Below are positions 30,339 through 40,126 of a DNA stretch of 64,000 nt, one piece after another. Each line of letters starts with the position of its first letter. The first letter of the stretch is position 1. A program made the position numbers and the translations under genes. The stretch spans positions 2,175,204 through 2,239,203 of the forward strand of contig OZ242322.1 of assembly GCA_965208155.1 (NCBI GenBank), given 5' to 3'. The notes beneath the pieces are model-generated. The model saw nothing but the letters and a program-made list of their open reading frames with translations, was not told where the DNA came from and did no database searches. This DNA is from Thermodesulfobacteriota bacterium (GTDB lineage: Bacteria > Desulfobacterota_D > UBA1144 > Nemesobacterales > Nemesobacteraceae).

Positions 30339-32057
30339 GTGGAAAAATACGAAACACACACACATGACGTTATAGTTATCGGTGCCGGCGGGGCCGGTCT
30401 TCGGGCCGCCATCGAATCTTCAGCAAAGGGCGCCTCGACCGCACTTATATGCAAATCCCTGCTCGGCAAGGCACACACCGTGATGGCCGAGGGCGGAGTC
30501 GCTGCCGCCTTGGCAAACGTTGACACCAAGGACAACTGGGAAACCCACTTCAAGGACACGATGAAGGGCGGAAAAATGCTGAACAACTGGCAGATGGCCC
30601 TTTACCACGCAAAGGAAGCCCCCGAGAGGGTGCGCGAGCTTGAATACTGGGGAGCGCTTTTTGACAGAACAAAAGAGGGAAGAATAAACCAGAGGGCATT
30701 CGGCGGTCACACCTGGAAGAGGCTTGCACATGTGGGCGACCGGACCGGTCTTGAGATGATAAGGACCCTTCAGGAAAAGGGGATACACTCTGGAATAGAC
30801 GTCTACATGGAATGCACCATAACCCATCTCATAAAAGACGGAGACAGGGTGACGGGAGCCTTCGGCTACTGGAGAGAAAGCGGGAAGTTCGTTCTTTTTC
30901 GCGCAAACGCAATCATTCTCGCAACGGGCGGGGTAGGGAAAGCCTACAAGTACACTTCTAATTCCTGGGAATACACGGGCGACGGCCATTCGATGGCGTA
31001 TGAGGCAGGAGCTGAACTTATAGACATGGAATTCATACAGTTCCACCCCACGGGGATGGTCTGGCCTCCGAGCGTAAGGGGAATCCTTGTTACCGAGGCG
31101 GTGCGCGGAGAGGGAGGCATACTCACAAACAGCGAGGGCGAGCGCTTCATGGAGAAATACGATCCCGAGCGCATGGAGCTCTCAACCCGCGACGTGGTCG
31201 CAAGATCCATATACACCGAAGTGGAGCAGGGCCGCGGTTCTCCCCACGGCGGAGCGTTTCTCGACGTCTCTCACAGGGGAGCCGATTACGTAAAGCGAAA
31301 GCTTCCGAGCATGTACCACCAGTTCATGGAGTTTGCAGACATAGACATAACAAAAGGTCCGATGGAAGTATTCCCGACCACCCATTACGTCATGGGGGGA
31401 GTCAAGGTTGAAGGAGATACCTGCTCAAGCACCGTTCCGGGGCTTTTTGCCGCGGGCGAGGTCGCCGGAGGAATGCACGGCGCGAACCGTCTCGGCGGAA
31501 ACTCCCTCTCAGACCTTCTCGTTTTCGGAAAAAGGGCGGGAGAAGGAGCAGCGGCCTACGCAAGCGGGAAATCCCACTCATCCATACCCGCAGAGCTTGT
31601 TGAGGGATTCGCAAACGAGCTTCACGAGCCTTTTAACAACACACAGGGAGAGAACCCCTACACGATCCACCAGGATCTCCAGGACGTGATGCAGCTCTAC
31701 ATAGGGGTGTTCCGCACAGAAGAAAACATACAAACAGGCATAGACAAGATAGAGGTACTCAAGCAGAGGGCGAAAACGCTCAAGATAGAGGGCTCAGTGA
31801 TGTTTAACCCAGGCTGGCATCTCTGCAGGGATCTTAAGTCGATGCTGATCGTCTCGGAGGCGCTTGCGAGATGCGCGCTTGCGAGAAAGGAGAGCAGGGG
31901 AGCTCACAGCCGGGTCGATTACCCTGAGAGCGACGATGAGGTACTGGGCAAGCTCAATTCCATTGTCTCTTTTAAGGACGGGGCGATGGATGTCGCAACA
32001 CGGCCGATTGTGGAGATGCCCGAGGAGCTTTCGAAACTGTTTACGGAGGATAAGTGA
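30339..32057 (+). CDS. sdhA: Succinate dehydrogenase flavoprotein subunit
   Basis: FAD-binding GAGGAGLRAA. The covalent-FAD His region RSHTVMAEGG. Confidence 0.9.
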   Translation: MEKYETHTHDVIVIGAGGAGLRAAIESSAKGASTALICKSLLGKAHTVMAEGGVAAALANVDTKDNWETHFKDTMKGGKMLNNWQMALYHAKEAPERVRELEYWGALFDRTKEGRINQRAFGGHTWKRLAHVGDRTGLEMIRTLQEKGIHSGIDVYMECTITHLIKDGDRVTGAFGYWRESGKFVLFRANAIILATGGVGKAYKYTSNSWEYTGDGHSMAYEAGAELIDMEFIQFHPTGMVWPPSVRGILVTEAVRGEGGILTNSEGERFMEKYDPERMELSTRDVVARSIYTEVEQGRGSPHGGAFLDVSHRGADYVKRKLPSMYHQFMEFADIDITKGPMEVFPTTHYVMGGVKVEGDTCSSTVPGLFAAGEVAGGMHGANRLGGNSLSDLLVFGKRAGEGAAAYASGKSHSSIPAELVEGFANELHEPFNNTQGENPYTIHQDLQDVMQLYIGVFRTEENIQTGIDKIEVLKQRAKTLKIEGSVMFNPGWHLCRDLKSMLIVSEALARCALARKESRGAHSRVDYPESDDEVLGKLNSIVSFKDGAMDVATRPIVEMPEELSKLFTEDK

Positions 32058-32788
32058 TGTCGGTAGCCAAGCTAAGAGTTTTTCGCGGTGACGCGCAGGG
32101 TGGAGAGGAAAAGGAGTACGAGGTCCCGGTAGATGAGGGAATGGTTGTCCTCGACGCGCTTTTCTACATACAGGCAAACTACGACGGCGACCTGGCAATT
32201 AGATGGAACTGCAAGGCGGCAAAGTGCGGCTCCTGCAGCACCGAGATAAACGGAAAACCGAGTCTTGCATGCAAGACCCGGATGGACACTTTCGCAGAGG
32301 GCGAAACTATTACCGTTTACCCGATCAAGGCGTTTCCCGTGATAAAGGACCTTGTTACCGACGTCTCGTGGAACTACGAAGTAAGCAAGAAAATCCCTCC
32401 GTTTACCCCCGCAGAAGATACCGAGTGGATCATGTACCAGGAGGACGTTGAGAGAGGGCAGGAGTTTAGAAAATGCATAGAGTGCTTCATGTGCCAGAAC
32501 GTGTGCCACATACTTCGCGACCACAACAGAAAAGACGCGTTTGCCGGGCCCAGGTTCATGATAAAGATCGCCGAGCGGGAGATGCATCCCCTCGATGTCC
32601 TTGACAGGAGGGAGTTCGCGCGCGAGGAAGCGGGAGTCGGCTTCTGCAACATCACAAAGTGCTGCACCGAGGTATGCCCCGAGGACATACACATAACGGA
32701 TAACGGAATCATTCCGCTTAAGGAGAGGGTGGTTGACAAGTACTATGATCCGCTTTCCTGGCTTTTAAGGAAGATCAAGGGGAAATAG
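32054..32788 (+). CDS. sdhB: Succinate dehydrogenase iron-sulfur subunit
   Basis: 2Fe-2S (CKAAKCGSC) and 4Fe/3Fe cluster motifs (CIECFMCQNVC, CTKCCTEVCP). Confidence 0.9.
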   Translation: MMSVAKLRVFRGDAQGGEEKEYEVPVDEGMVVLDALFYIQANYDGDLAIRWNCKAAKCGSCSTEINGKPSLACKTRMDTFAEGETITVYPIKAFPVIKDLVTDVSWNYEVSKKIPPFTPAEDTEWIMYQEDVERGQEFRKCIECFMCQNVCHILRDHNRKDAFAGPRFMIKIAEREMHPLDVLDRREFAREEAGVGFCNITKCCTEVCPEDIHITDNGIIPLKERVVDKYYDPLSWLLRKIKGK

Positions 32789-32797
32789 GGGAGAGCA

Positions 32798-33964
32798 TTG
32801 AACGTACACGAATACCAGGCCAAAAAGCTTCTCTCTGATTCCGGGGTCAAGGTTCCGGGCGGACAGGTCGTTTTCAGTGCGGATGAGGTCTCGGAGGTAC
32901 TCGATACCCTTAACTCTGAAAAATACGTGGTAAAAGCCCAGATTCACGCCGGCGGCCGGGGCAAGGGAGGCGGAATAAAGGTAGTTGACAATTCCCACGA
33001 CGCTATGGCTGCCGCAGATGAGATAATCGGCATGAGCCTAGTTACCCACCAGACGGGCCCGGAGGGCAAGACCGTGGGAAGCGTTCTTATTGAGGAAGCT
33101 TCCAGTATAGAAAAGGAGTTCTACCTCGGCATGGTGATTGACCGCTCCCGGGAAAAAGTGGTCGTTATGGGAAGCCCCGAGGGCGGGGTTGAGATCGAGG
33201 AAGTGGCGGCCAAGTCTCCCGAGAAGATAATCAAGGAGCATGTTGATATCTCGCTTGGCGTTCAGCCTTATCAGTGCCGGAAAATCGCTTATTTCATGGG
33301 TCTTGAGGGTGGTGCCGTGAGGCAGGCTGTATCGTTTATTTCATCCCTTTACCGTGTGTTTATCGAAAAGGACTGTTCCCTCGCGGAGATAAACCCGCTT
33401 GTTCTAACTTCAGACGGTAACATAGTGGCTCTTGACGCGAAGATTAATTTTGATGATAACGCGCTTTTCCGCCACCGCGACATCGCAGGGTTAAGGGACA
33501 GGGACGAAGAGGATCCGCTTGAGCTTGAAGCAAGCGACGCGGGTATAAGTTTCGTTAAACTTGACGGAAATATAGGGTGTCTCGTTAACGGTGCGGGGCT
33601 TGCCATGGCTACCATGGATATTATAAAGCACCACGGCGGAGAACCCGCAAACTTCCTTGACGTCGGCGGAGGGGCTACCACGGAGCAGGTTACAAAGGCG
33701 TTTAAGATGATCCTTAGTGATGAGAACGTAAAGGCCATTTTCGTTAATATTTTCGGTGGTATAATGAAGTGCGACACCATCGCCGATGGTATCGTGGAAG
33801 CCGCAGACGAGGTCGGAATAAACGTTCCTTTAGTGGTCAGGCTTGAAGGAACCAACGTTGAAGCCGGAAGGGAGATTCTTTCAAACTCCGGTCTTGACAT
33901 CCAGACCGGGGCCGACATGAAAGAAGCCGCGTCCAAGGTAGTTGAAGCTGCCAAAGCTGCCTGA
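32798..33964 (+). CDS. sucC: Succinyl-CoA synthetase beta subunit (ADP-forming)
   Basis: TTG start. ATP-grasp N-terminus ([12 protein letters not shown]) and a ligase-CoA C-terminal domain. No sucD follows. Confidence 0.9.
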   Translation: MNVHEYQAKKLLSDSGVKVPGGQVVFSADEVSEVLDTLNSEKYVVKAQIHAGGRGKGGGIKVVDNSHDAMAAADEIIGMSLVTHQTGPEGKTVGSVLIEEASSIEKEFYLGMVIDRSREKVVVMGSPEGGVEIEEVAAKSPEKIIKEHVDISLGVQPYQCRKIAYFMGLEGGAVRQAVSFISSLYRVFIEKDCSLAEINPLVLTSDGNIVALDAKINFDDNALFRHRDIAGLRDRDEEDPLELEASDAGISFVKLDGNIGCLVNGAGLAMATMDIIKHHGGEPANFLDVGGGATTEQVTKAFKMILSDENVKAIFVNIFGGIMKCDTIADGIVEAADEVGINVPLVVRLEGTNVEAGREILSNSGLDIQTGADMKEAASKVVEAAKAA

Positions 33965-34190
33965 TTTCAGCGGGTTGCGATTTAACTTCTAGATTCTTTT
34001 CATTAAATTATGAGCGCGTAATCACCCGTTAGAGCGGCATCTTCTCTGGTTTTTGTGTTAATATATAATCTTGGGTGGGTTTTCCTTTATATGGCATGGT
34101 TTTATTGCCGTTTTTTGACCGGATTTGAAAGGGATACGAGATTTTTTAATTTACTAAAGAATTCCATCGATGTTATCTGAGAACTGAGAA

Positions 34191-35453
34191 GTGAAGATAT
34201 CAAAACTAAGACTTAAGAATATTAAATGTTTCAAAGACACTGAGATTTCGTTTGAGGGCGAAAAAGGCGGTGTTAAAGACTGGTCTCTTTTTGTGGGAGA
34301 TAACGGACAGGGAAAAACAACAATTCTTAGAAGTCTGGCCGCAGGGCTATGTGATAAGGAAGGGGCATCGGGTCTTTTATTGGAATTGTATGGAGAATTT
34401 CTAAGACGAGGTAAAAAGGAAGGGTCTATCGAGATTTGTTTAAGAGATGATGAAGGTGAGCAATATACTATTAAAACTTCTATAAGGGGCGATAACGAGT
34501 CTGTTTCTCAGGATGTCTTTCGGGGTGACCGTGTAGGTAAAAAAGGTACTAATGAGGTTAAAGATTTTAAGAGAGAAGAAATTTTCGCGGTAGCTTACGG
34601 TGCGGGTAGGTCTGTTACAGGTACAGAATCCTATGAAGAATATGCATTGGTCGATTCTGTGTATACGCTCTTTAATTATAAATATGCTCTGCAGAATGCG
34701 GAACTGGGAGCAAGCAGGGTTAAGCTTCATTCCGATGAAGAATGGGGAAAACTTAAAAACATTTTAAAAAGAGTTTTAATGTTTCGGGAAGACGATGAGA
34801 TTTCTCTGGAAAGAACAGGATTATATGTTGAAACTAGAAGAGGTAAAGAGTCTTTTAATACTTTAAGTGATGGGTATAAATCACTGACTTCTGTTATTTT
34901 AGATTTTCTAAGCTGGAATCTGATTTATAGAGAAGATGAAGATTTTGATTTAAGCAATCTTTCAGGAATTTTCATCATTGATGAGCTTGAACAGCACCTC
35001 CACCCAAAATGGCAACGGAGAATAGTAAAAATCCTTTCAGAGCAGTTTCCAAAGGTACAGTTCATATGCAGTACGCATACTCCTATTTGTGCTTTGGGGC
35101 TTAGCGACTTGGAGTGTGAATCTTGGCTTTTCAAAGCTGCTTACGTAAACGGGCATAGTGATATTGAGAAATTTGATCTTCGAGAAGATTTTAGGGGTTA
35201 CAGATCTGATCAGATATTGACTTCGGGCATTTTTGACCTTACAGACACGAGGAGCGTTTCCGTAGAAGATAAACTGGAAACTTATAGAAAGATATATCTC
35301 AAGGAAGAAAGCGAAAGAAGCGAGGAAGAAAAGCTGCAGTTTCATGCTATTGAAGACGAACTGAGAGATTTACCTATGTGGGACAACGAAAAAGAGAAGA
35401 AACAAAGGGAAGAGTTAATCAAATTACTTAAGAGCCAAAAAAAGAAATCCTAA
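34191..35453 (+). CDS. AAA_15/AAA_21-type ABC-like ATPase, Septu PtuA-like (copy 1)
   Basis: GTG start. N-terminal Walker A (FVGDNGQGKTTILRSL). C-terminal Walker B / D-loop / H-loop (IFIIDELEQHLHPKWQRRIV...ICSTHTP). Immediately followed by an HNH gene. Confidence 0.6.
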   Translation: MKISKLRLKNIKCFKDTEISFEGEKGGVKDWSLFVGDNGQGKTTILRSLAAGLCDKEGASGLLLELYGEFLRRGKKEGSIEICLRDDEGEQYTIKTSIRGDNESVSQDVFRGDRVGKKGTNEVKDFKREEIFAVAYGAGRSVTGTESYEEYALVDSVYTLFNYKYALQNAELGASRVKLHSDEEWGKLKNILKRVLMFREDDEISLERTGLYVETRRGKESFNTLSDGYKSLTSVILDFLSWNLIYREDEDFDLSNLSGIFIIDELEQHLHPKWQRRIVKILSEQFPKVQFICSTHTPICALGLSDLECESWLFKAAYVNGHSDIEKFDLREDFRGYRSDQILTSGIFDLTDTRSVSVEDKLETYRKIYLKEESERSEEEKLQFHAIEDELRDLPMWDNEKEKKQREELIKLLKSQKKKS

Positions 35454-35456
35454 ATA

Positions 35457-36200
35457 ATGATAAAGATTGAACGTGGAAGGCCCCCTAAAAACACCGCTAT
35501 AGACAAGAGAAGAGAAAGAGAGCTTCGGAAAATTAGGAAATTAGTAAAGTCTAGAGAATTAAAATCTAAGCATTTTGAAAATTTGTGGTCAGACCCAAAA
35601 GTTAAAGACTTCCTATACGAGTCTCAACATGGTAAATGCTGTTACTGTGAAAGAAAACGAGACAAAAGAGAGTCTGACGTAGAGCACTTTCGCCCCAAAG
35701 CTGAAGTTAAAGAAGCCGGAGAAGGCCATCAGGGTTACTGGTGGCTTGCCTATAGCTGGGAGAACTTACTTGTAGCTTGCAAAACGTGTAATCAAGAGTA
35801 CAAGAAATCAAAATTCCCACTAAAGAACAAACGGAAAAGAGCCTACACAGAAAATTGTGACCTTGGCGAGGAAGAACCATTTTTGGTCAACCCGCTAGAA
35901 GAAAAACCGGAATTGCTTATAGATTATGATCTTAGGGAAACTAGGCTTATGGCGAAAGCCGTTGGAAGGTGTGAACGAGGTGAGAGAACAGTCAATGAAC
36001 TGACAGGAATAAACGATAGAAAAGTGATGGAGAAAAGAGCAGACAAACTCAAGGATTATCGGGTGTGGGCATATTTAAAGAATAATGGGAGCGATGAATT
36101 AAAATCAGAGGCCGATGAACGTCTGCGGGAATACGTCTCTCCTTGCAGTGAATTTTCAGGATTTGCAAGATTCTATTTTCAGAAGGAAGGATGTCTTTAA
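35457..36200 (+). CDS. HNH endonuclease, Septu PtuB-like (copy 1)
   Basis: CCYCE...VEHFRPK...ACKTCN HNH core. Starts 3 nt after the ATPase stop. Confidence 0.65.
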   Translation: MIKIERGRPPKNTAIDKRRERELRKIRKLVKSRELKSKHFENLWSDPKVKDFLYESQHGKCCYCERKRDKRESDVEHFRPKAEVKEAGEGHQGYWWLAYSWENLLVACKTCNQEYKKSKFPLKNKRKRAYTENCDLGEEEPFLVNPLEEKPELLIDYDLRETRLMAKAVGRCERGERTVNELTGINDRKVMEKRADKLKDYRVWAYLKNNGSDELKSEADERLREYVSPCSEFSGFARFYFQKEGCL

Positions 36201-37354
36201 TGAAAGACTCCTTCCCGCTAGAACAGTCGGCCGAAACGCCTGCATTTATCTACAATTTAAGTGAAGTAAAAAAAAGGGCGAAACTTCTTTCCCAAATAAA
36301 AAACAAATCAAACTGCAAAATTCTTTATTCTGTAAAACCATTACCCTTGTACAGAGTCTTAGAGGAAATGGAATCCTTGGATGGTTTTTCTGTAAGTTCT
36401 TTTTTTGAAGCTGAATTAGCAAAAAAAGCCTGTAAAGACAAAAAAGAAATTCATTTCATCAGTCCTGGAATTAAGAGTGAACAATGGGAGGATATCTCAA
36501 CCGCTGTCAATTATTTAACCTTTAATTCCTTAGAGCAGTTGTCCTGTTTTGAAACTAGGCTCAAAAAGCAAAGCTACGGTATAAGAGTCAATCCGGAAAT
36601 CTCTTTTATTACAGATCCCAGATACAATCCCTGCCGTGAGTTTTCAAAGCTCGGTGTTCCCATTGCTCAGATTAAAAATAAGATTTCTGACGACCCGGAT
36701 TTTTTTAAAAAAATAGAGGGAATTCATTTTCACACAAACTTCGAAAGCAGAGATTTTTCTCATTTAACTGAGACATTTTCAAAGCTGAAGACCGAACTTG
36801 CGGACGAGCTTAAAAGGTTCAAGTGGATTAACTTGGGCGGCGGCTATCTCTTTGATGAATCGGAAAATCTATCCCTTTTTTATGAACTTATAGATGAACT
36901 TAACGATAATTACAATTTTGATGAAATTATTATCGAGCCTGGTACCTTCCTAGTTAGAGACAGCGGATATCTGGTTTCTTCTGTTATTGATCTTTTTCAG
37001 AGGGATGGAAAAAATGTTGCCGTTTTAGACACCACTGTGAATCACCTTCCGGAAGTCTTTGAATACCAATACGAACCTGATGTTCTAGGGGATGACTTCT
37101 CCAACAAGAATGAGTATATATTAGCCGGGAGCAGTTGTCTGGCAGGGGATGTTTTTGGTGTGTATCGTTTTGAGAACGAATTGGAACTGGGTTCAAAAGT
37201 GATCTTTGAGAAAGTGGGAAGTTATTCCCTAGTTAAGGCGCACACGTTTAATGGGATTAATCTTCCTGATGTTTATTGTCTTGAAGATGATGCTGGACTG
37301 AAAAGGGTGAAAAGCTTTACACTTGAACAATATGTGCACTATTACGGAGGATGA
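36191..37354 (+). CDS. Carboxynorspermidine/carboxyspermidine decarboxylase-like PLP enzyme (Orn/DAP/Arg decarboxylase fold)
   Basis: 387 aa. AFIYNL..., the conserved ILAGSSCLAGDVFGVYRFE and FNGINLPDVY blocks align with NspC. Overlaps the HNH stop by 10 nt. Confidence 0.65.
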   Translation: MSLMKDSFPLEQSAETPAFIYNLSEVKKRAKLLSQIKNKSNCKILYSVKPLPLYRVLEEMESLDGFSVSSFFEAELAKKACKDKKEIHFISPGIKSEQWEDISTAVNYLTFNSLEQLSCFETRLKKQSYGIRVNPEISFITDPRYNPCREFSKLGVPIAQIKNKISDDPDFFKKIEGIHFHTNFESRDFSHLTETFSKLKTELADELKRFKWINLGGGYLFDESENLSLFYELIDELNDNYNFDEIIIEPGTFLVRDSGYLVSSVIDLFQRDGKNVAVLDTTVNHLPEVFEYQYEPDVLGDDFSNKNEYILAGSSCLAGDVFGVYRFENELELGSKVIFEKVGSYSLVKAHTFNGINLPDVYCLEDDAGLKRVKSFTLEQYVHYYGG

Positions 37355-37357
37355 TTC

Positions 37358-38731
37358 ATGCGATTTTTAGAAAGAGAAATATCTTTTCCTAAAATTCAAG
37401 ACAATAGAGATTTGCTGTCATATATTGAAGAGCAAACGTCTTCTTGTTTGAGTGAAGAAGGCTTGCTACCTATAAGGATTGCTGTTACTGACAGCTCGGG
37501 CTCAGATTATAAGTGCGAAGTTGGTGCTTTGTGCACGGAAGACACAAGCAGCTTTGAGGAAGCGAAGCTAGTATTTGAGTTCAAGAAACGAAAGTTTGAA
37601 AACACCAAAAATTTTAATGTCGTTTTCTTGATTCCTACTGGAATTGGTTGTGAAATCGGGGGTCACGCTGGAGATGCCACCCCGGTTGCAAGACTTTTAT
37701 CTTCCAGTTGCGATAACCTCATCACTCATCCGAATGTTTTTAACGCTTCTGACCTCAACGAGATGCCCGAGAACAGTCTCTATGTTGAAGGGAGTACAAT
37801 TTGTCGTTTGATGATGGGAACTGTAGGTCTCCAACCCGTTAGGTCTAACAAAATTCTTGCCGTTATAGATAAAAATGAATATAAGATTTTTGAAAACGCT
37901 GCTGTTAATTCTATCAACGCTGCCAGGGCAGTCTTGGGAATAGAATGTTCCGATATAGTGAAATTAGACCCCTCAATAACTATGGAATCCGAATATTCGT
38001 CTTCCCAAAGAGCTGTCGGCACCATTGACGGAATCGATAACTTGTTCTCCATCTTGAAAAAGTACGAAGGAAGTTATGACGCAGTTGCCATCTCGTCGAT
38101 AATCAATGTCCCCGAGCATTATCACAAGGAGTATTTTCGTTGCAGGGGAGAGATGGTTAATCCTTGGGGAGGGGTAGAAGCCATGCTTACCCATGCTGTT
38201 TCTTACAAGCTCAACATTCCTTCGGCCCATTCCCCGATGTTTGAATCTCCTAAAGTTGCTCATCCAGACCCCGGAGTTGTTGAAGCCAGGATGTCAGCGG
38301 AAGCCGTCTCCACAACTTTTTTCCATTGCGTTTTAAAAGGACTTCATAAAAGTCCTAAAATTATTACCGACCCGGACATGTTTCATTATGACGATATTAT
38401 CTCGGCAAAAGACATTTCCTGCTTGGTTATTCCTGATGGCTGTCTGGGTCTTCCTACTCTTGCAGCTTTGGAACAGGGAACAAAAGTTGTTGCAGTAAAG
38501 GAAAACAAAAACCTGATGAAAAATGATCTCAACGAGCTTCCTTGGGATACCGGACAATTTATTCAAGTGGAAAACTATTTAGAGGCTGCCGGAGTTTTAA
38601 ACTCTATTAAAAATGGAATTGATCCTTCTTCGATAAGACGACCTTTTAAAACTTTAGATCCTTTTGGAACTTCAGATATTTCTCGTGATTCTGAGTATCA
38701 GAGGCCAGCTTTGAAACAGGTAAAAGGATAG
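37358..38731 (+). CDS. Hypothetical 457-aa protein, no recognisable family (glycine-rich VVFLIPTGIGCEIGGHAGDATP motif)
   Basis: Long uninterrupted ORF. RBS GGAGGA sits upstream. Starts 3 nt after the decarboxylase stop. Codon style matches the neighbouring island genes. Confidence 0.5.
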   Translation: MRFLEREISFPKIQDNRDLLSYIEEQTSSCLSEEGLLPIRIAVTDSSGSDYKCEVGALCTEDTSSFEEAKLVFEFKKRKFENTKNFNVVFLIPTGIGCEIGGHAGDATPVARLLSSSCDNLITHPNVFNASDLNEMPENSLYVEGSTICRLMMGTVGLQPVRSNKILAVIDKNEYKIFENAAVNSINAARAVLGIECSDIVKLDPSITMESEYSSSQRAVGTIDGIDNLFSILKKYEGSYDAVAISSIINVPEHYHKEYFRCRGEMVNPWGGVEAMLTHAVSYKLNIPSAHSPMFESPKVAHPDPGVVEARMSAEAVSTTFFHCVLKGLHKSPKIITDPDMFHYDDIISAKDISCLVIPDGCLGLPTLAALEQGTKVVAVKENKNLMKNDLNELPWDTGQFIQVENYLEAAGVLNSIKNGIDPSSIRRPFKTLDPFGTSDISRDSEYQRPALKQVKG

Positions 38732-38821
38732 GTTTCAGAGAGGTTACCACTCTTCATTTTATATTGAGTGTGCAGCTATCTGTTACAAAAGGTGTTACGT
38801 TTTAAGTTGAGAGATAAGAGA

Positions 38822-40123
38822 ATGCATATAACCAGTCTATATTTAGAAAATATAAAATGCTTTGAAAAGCTTACTTATAAATTCCAGGGTGATGGGGGAG
38901 CTTCGCTCGTCATTGCCGGGGATAACGGCGATGGTAAATCTACAATACTACGGAGCATTGCAATTTCTTTATGTGATCAGTGGTCTGCGGCAGGATTGCT
39001 AAGAGAACTGTCAGGAGAATTTATACGTGATAGATGTGACGAAGGAGTAATCAAACTCGGCTTAATATCTGGCAAGAAAAGAAAGAAAAGGTTCGAGATT
39101 GTTACACGTATAAGGTGGGATAGTAAAGAAACATATGAATACCCTTACAGGGAGATTAATCAGATCAAAACTAAGACTAGGGAGCCTGAAGAAATTGAAG
39201 ATTCCAACTTTGATTGGAAAGCGATATTTGCAACAGCTTATGGGTCTGGATTAAGAACTGTGGGAACACAAGATTTTCAGCACTACTTTACTGGCGATTC
39301 TATTTACTCTTTATTTAGGGACGATGTAACTTTGCAAAACCCCGAGTTGGCCATACGACGGATTTCCACTGGTGTTGTAGAAAAACCAACCGCAATCGAC
39401 TCTCAGGAAGAAATAGAGGCTTTTCAAAAAAATTTATTGGATTGGCTTGGTGAGATTTTGATACTTGATAACAAGTCTCTGGAAGTTCACGGAAATGGCA
39501 TTTTTGTTTGCACAAAAGGCAGTAAAACCAAAGTTCCCCTTGTAGCTACAGGCGACGGGTACAAAGCTCTAACGGCCTTGATTCTGGATATGCTCTCATG
39601 GTGGTTTCTCTACGCTTTCTATGGAGCAAAAACTGGAAGCAGAAATAAGGCGAAAATAACTTTGGATAGTCTTAAAATGATGAAAGGAGTTGTAATTATT
39701 GACGAAATAGAACAACATCTTCATCCGAAGTGGCAGAGCAAGATATTACCTTCCTTAGAAAAGAATTTTCCTCAAGTGCAATTTATTGTTGCTACCCATT
39801 CTCCATTAGTTGTGTCCTCCTCAGAAGATGATGTTTTAGTTATAGAAGATGGTCGGGCAAGAAAAGAGAAGTTATATGGCTGGCTTCCAGAAGACGTCTA
39901 TATACAGATGGGTAGAGAAGACGAAAGACCGCCCGAAATTGCAGAAAAAATATCTGAACTTGAGTTGCTGTATAGAGAAAAAATAAGTGGCACTATAAGC
40001 AAACAGGATGAAAAGAGATTCAATAGTATCTACGAACAACTTAAGGTTGAATTGCCTTCGCACGACCCAGTCCTGCAGACAATCAAATTTAATGTAATGC
40101 GTAGGTCTATACAAGATGATTGA
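38822..40123 (+). CDS. AAA_15/AAA_21-type ABC-like ATPase, Septu PtuA-like (copy 2)
   Basis: Walker A (IAGDNGDGKSTILRSI). C-terminal VVIIDEIEQHLHPKWQSKIL...VATHSPLVVS. Paralogous to the ATPase at 34191. Confidence 0.6.
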   Translation: MHITSLYLENIKCFEKLTYKFQGDGGASLVIAGDNGDGKSTILRSIAISLCDQWSAAGLLRELSGEFIRDRCDEGVIKLGLISGKKRKKRFEIVTRIRWDSKETYEYPYREINQIKTKTREPEEIEDSNFDWKAIFATAYGSGLRTVGTQDFQHYFTGDSIYSLFRDDVTLQNPELAIRRISTGVVEKPTAIDSQEEIEAFQKNLLDWLGEILILDNKSLEVHGNGIFVCTKGSKTKVPLVATGDGYKALTALILDMLSWWFLYAFYGAKTGSRNKAKITLDSLKMMKGVVIIDEIEQHLHPKWQSKILPSLEKNFPQVQFIVATHSPLVVSSSEDDVLVIEDGRARKEKLYGWLPEDVYIQMGREDERPPEIAEKISELELLYREKISGTISKQDEKRFNSIYEQLKVELPSHDPVLQTIKFNVMRRSIQDD

Positions 40124-40126
40124 ACC

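Noticed and set aside
34040-34069. TTCTCT-N16-TATAAT as promoter of the six-gene operon
   Set aside because: Weak -35 and ~120 nt upstream of the GTG start. Mentioned only as a possibility, not supportable as a feature.
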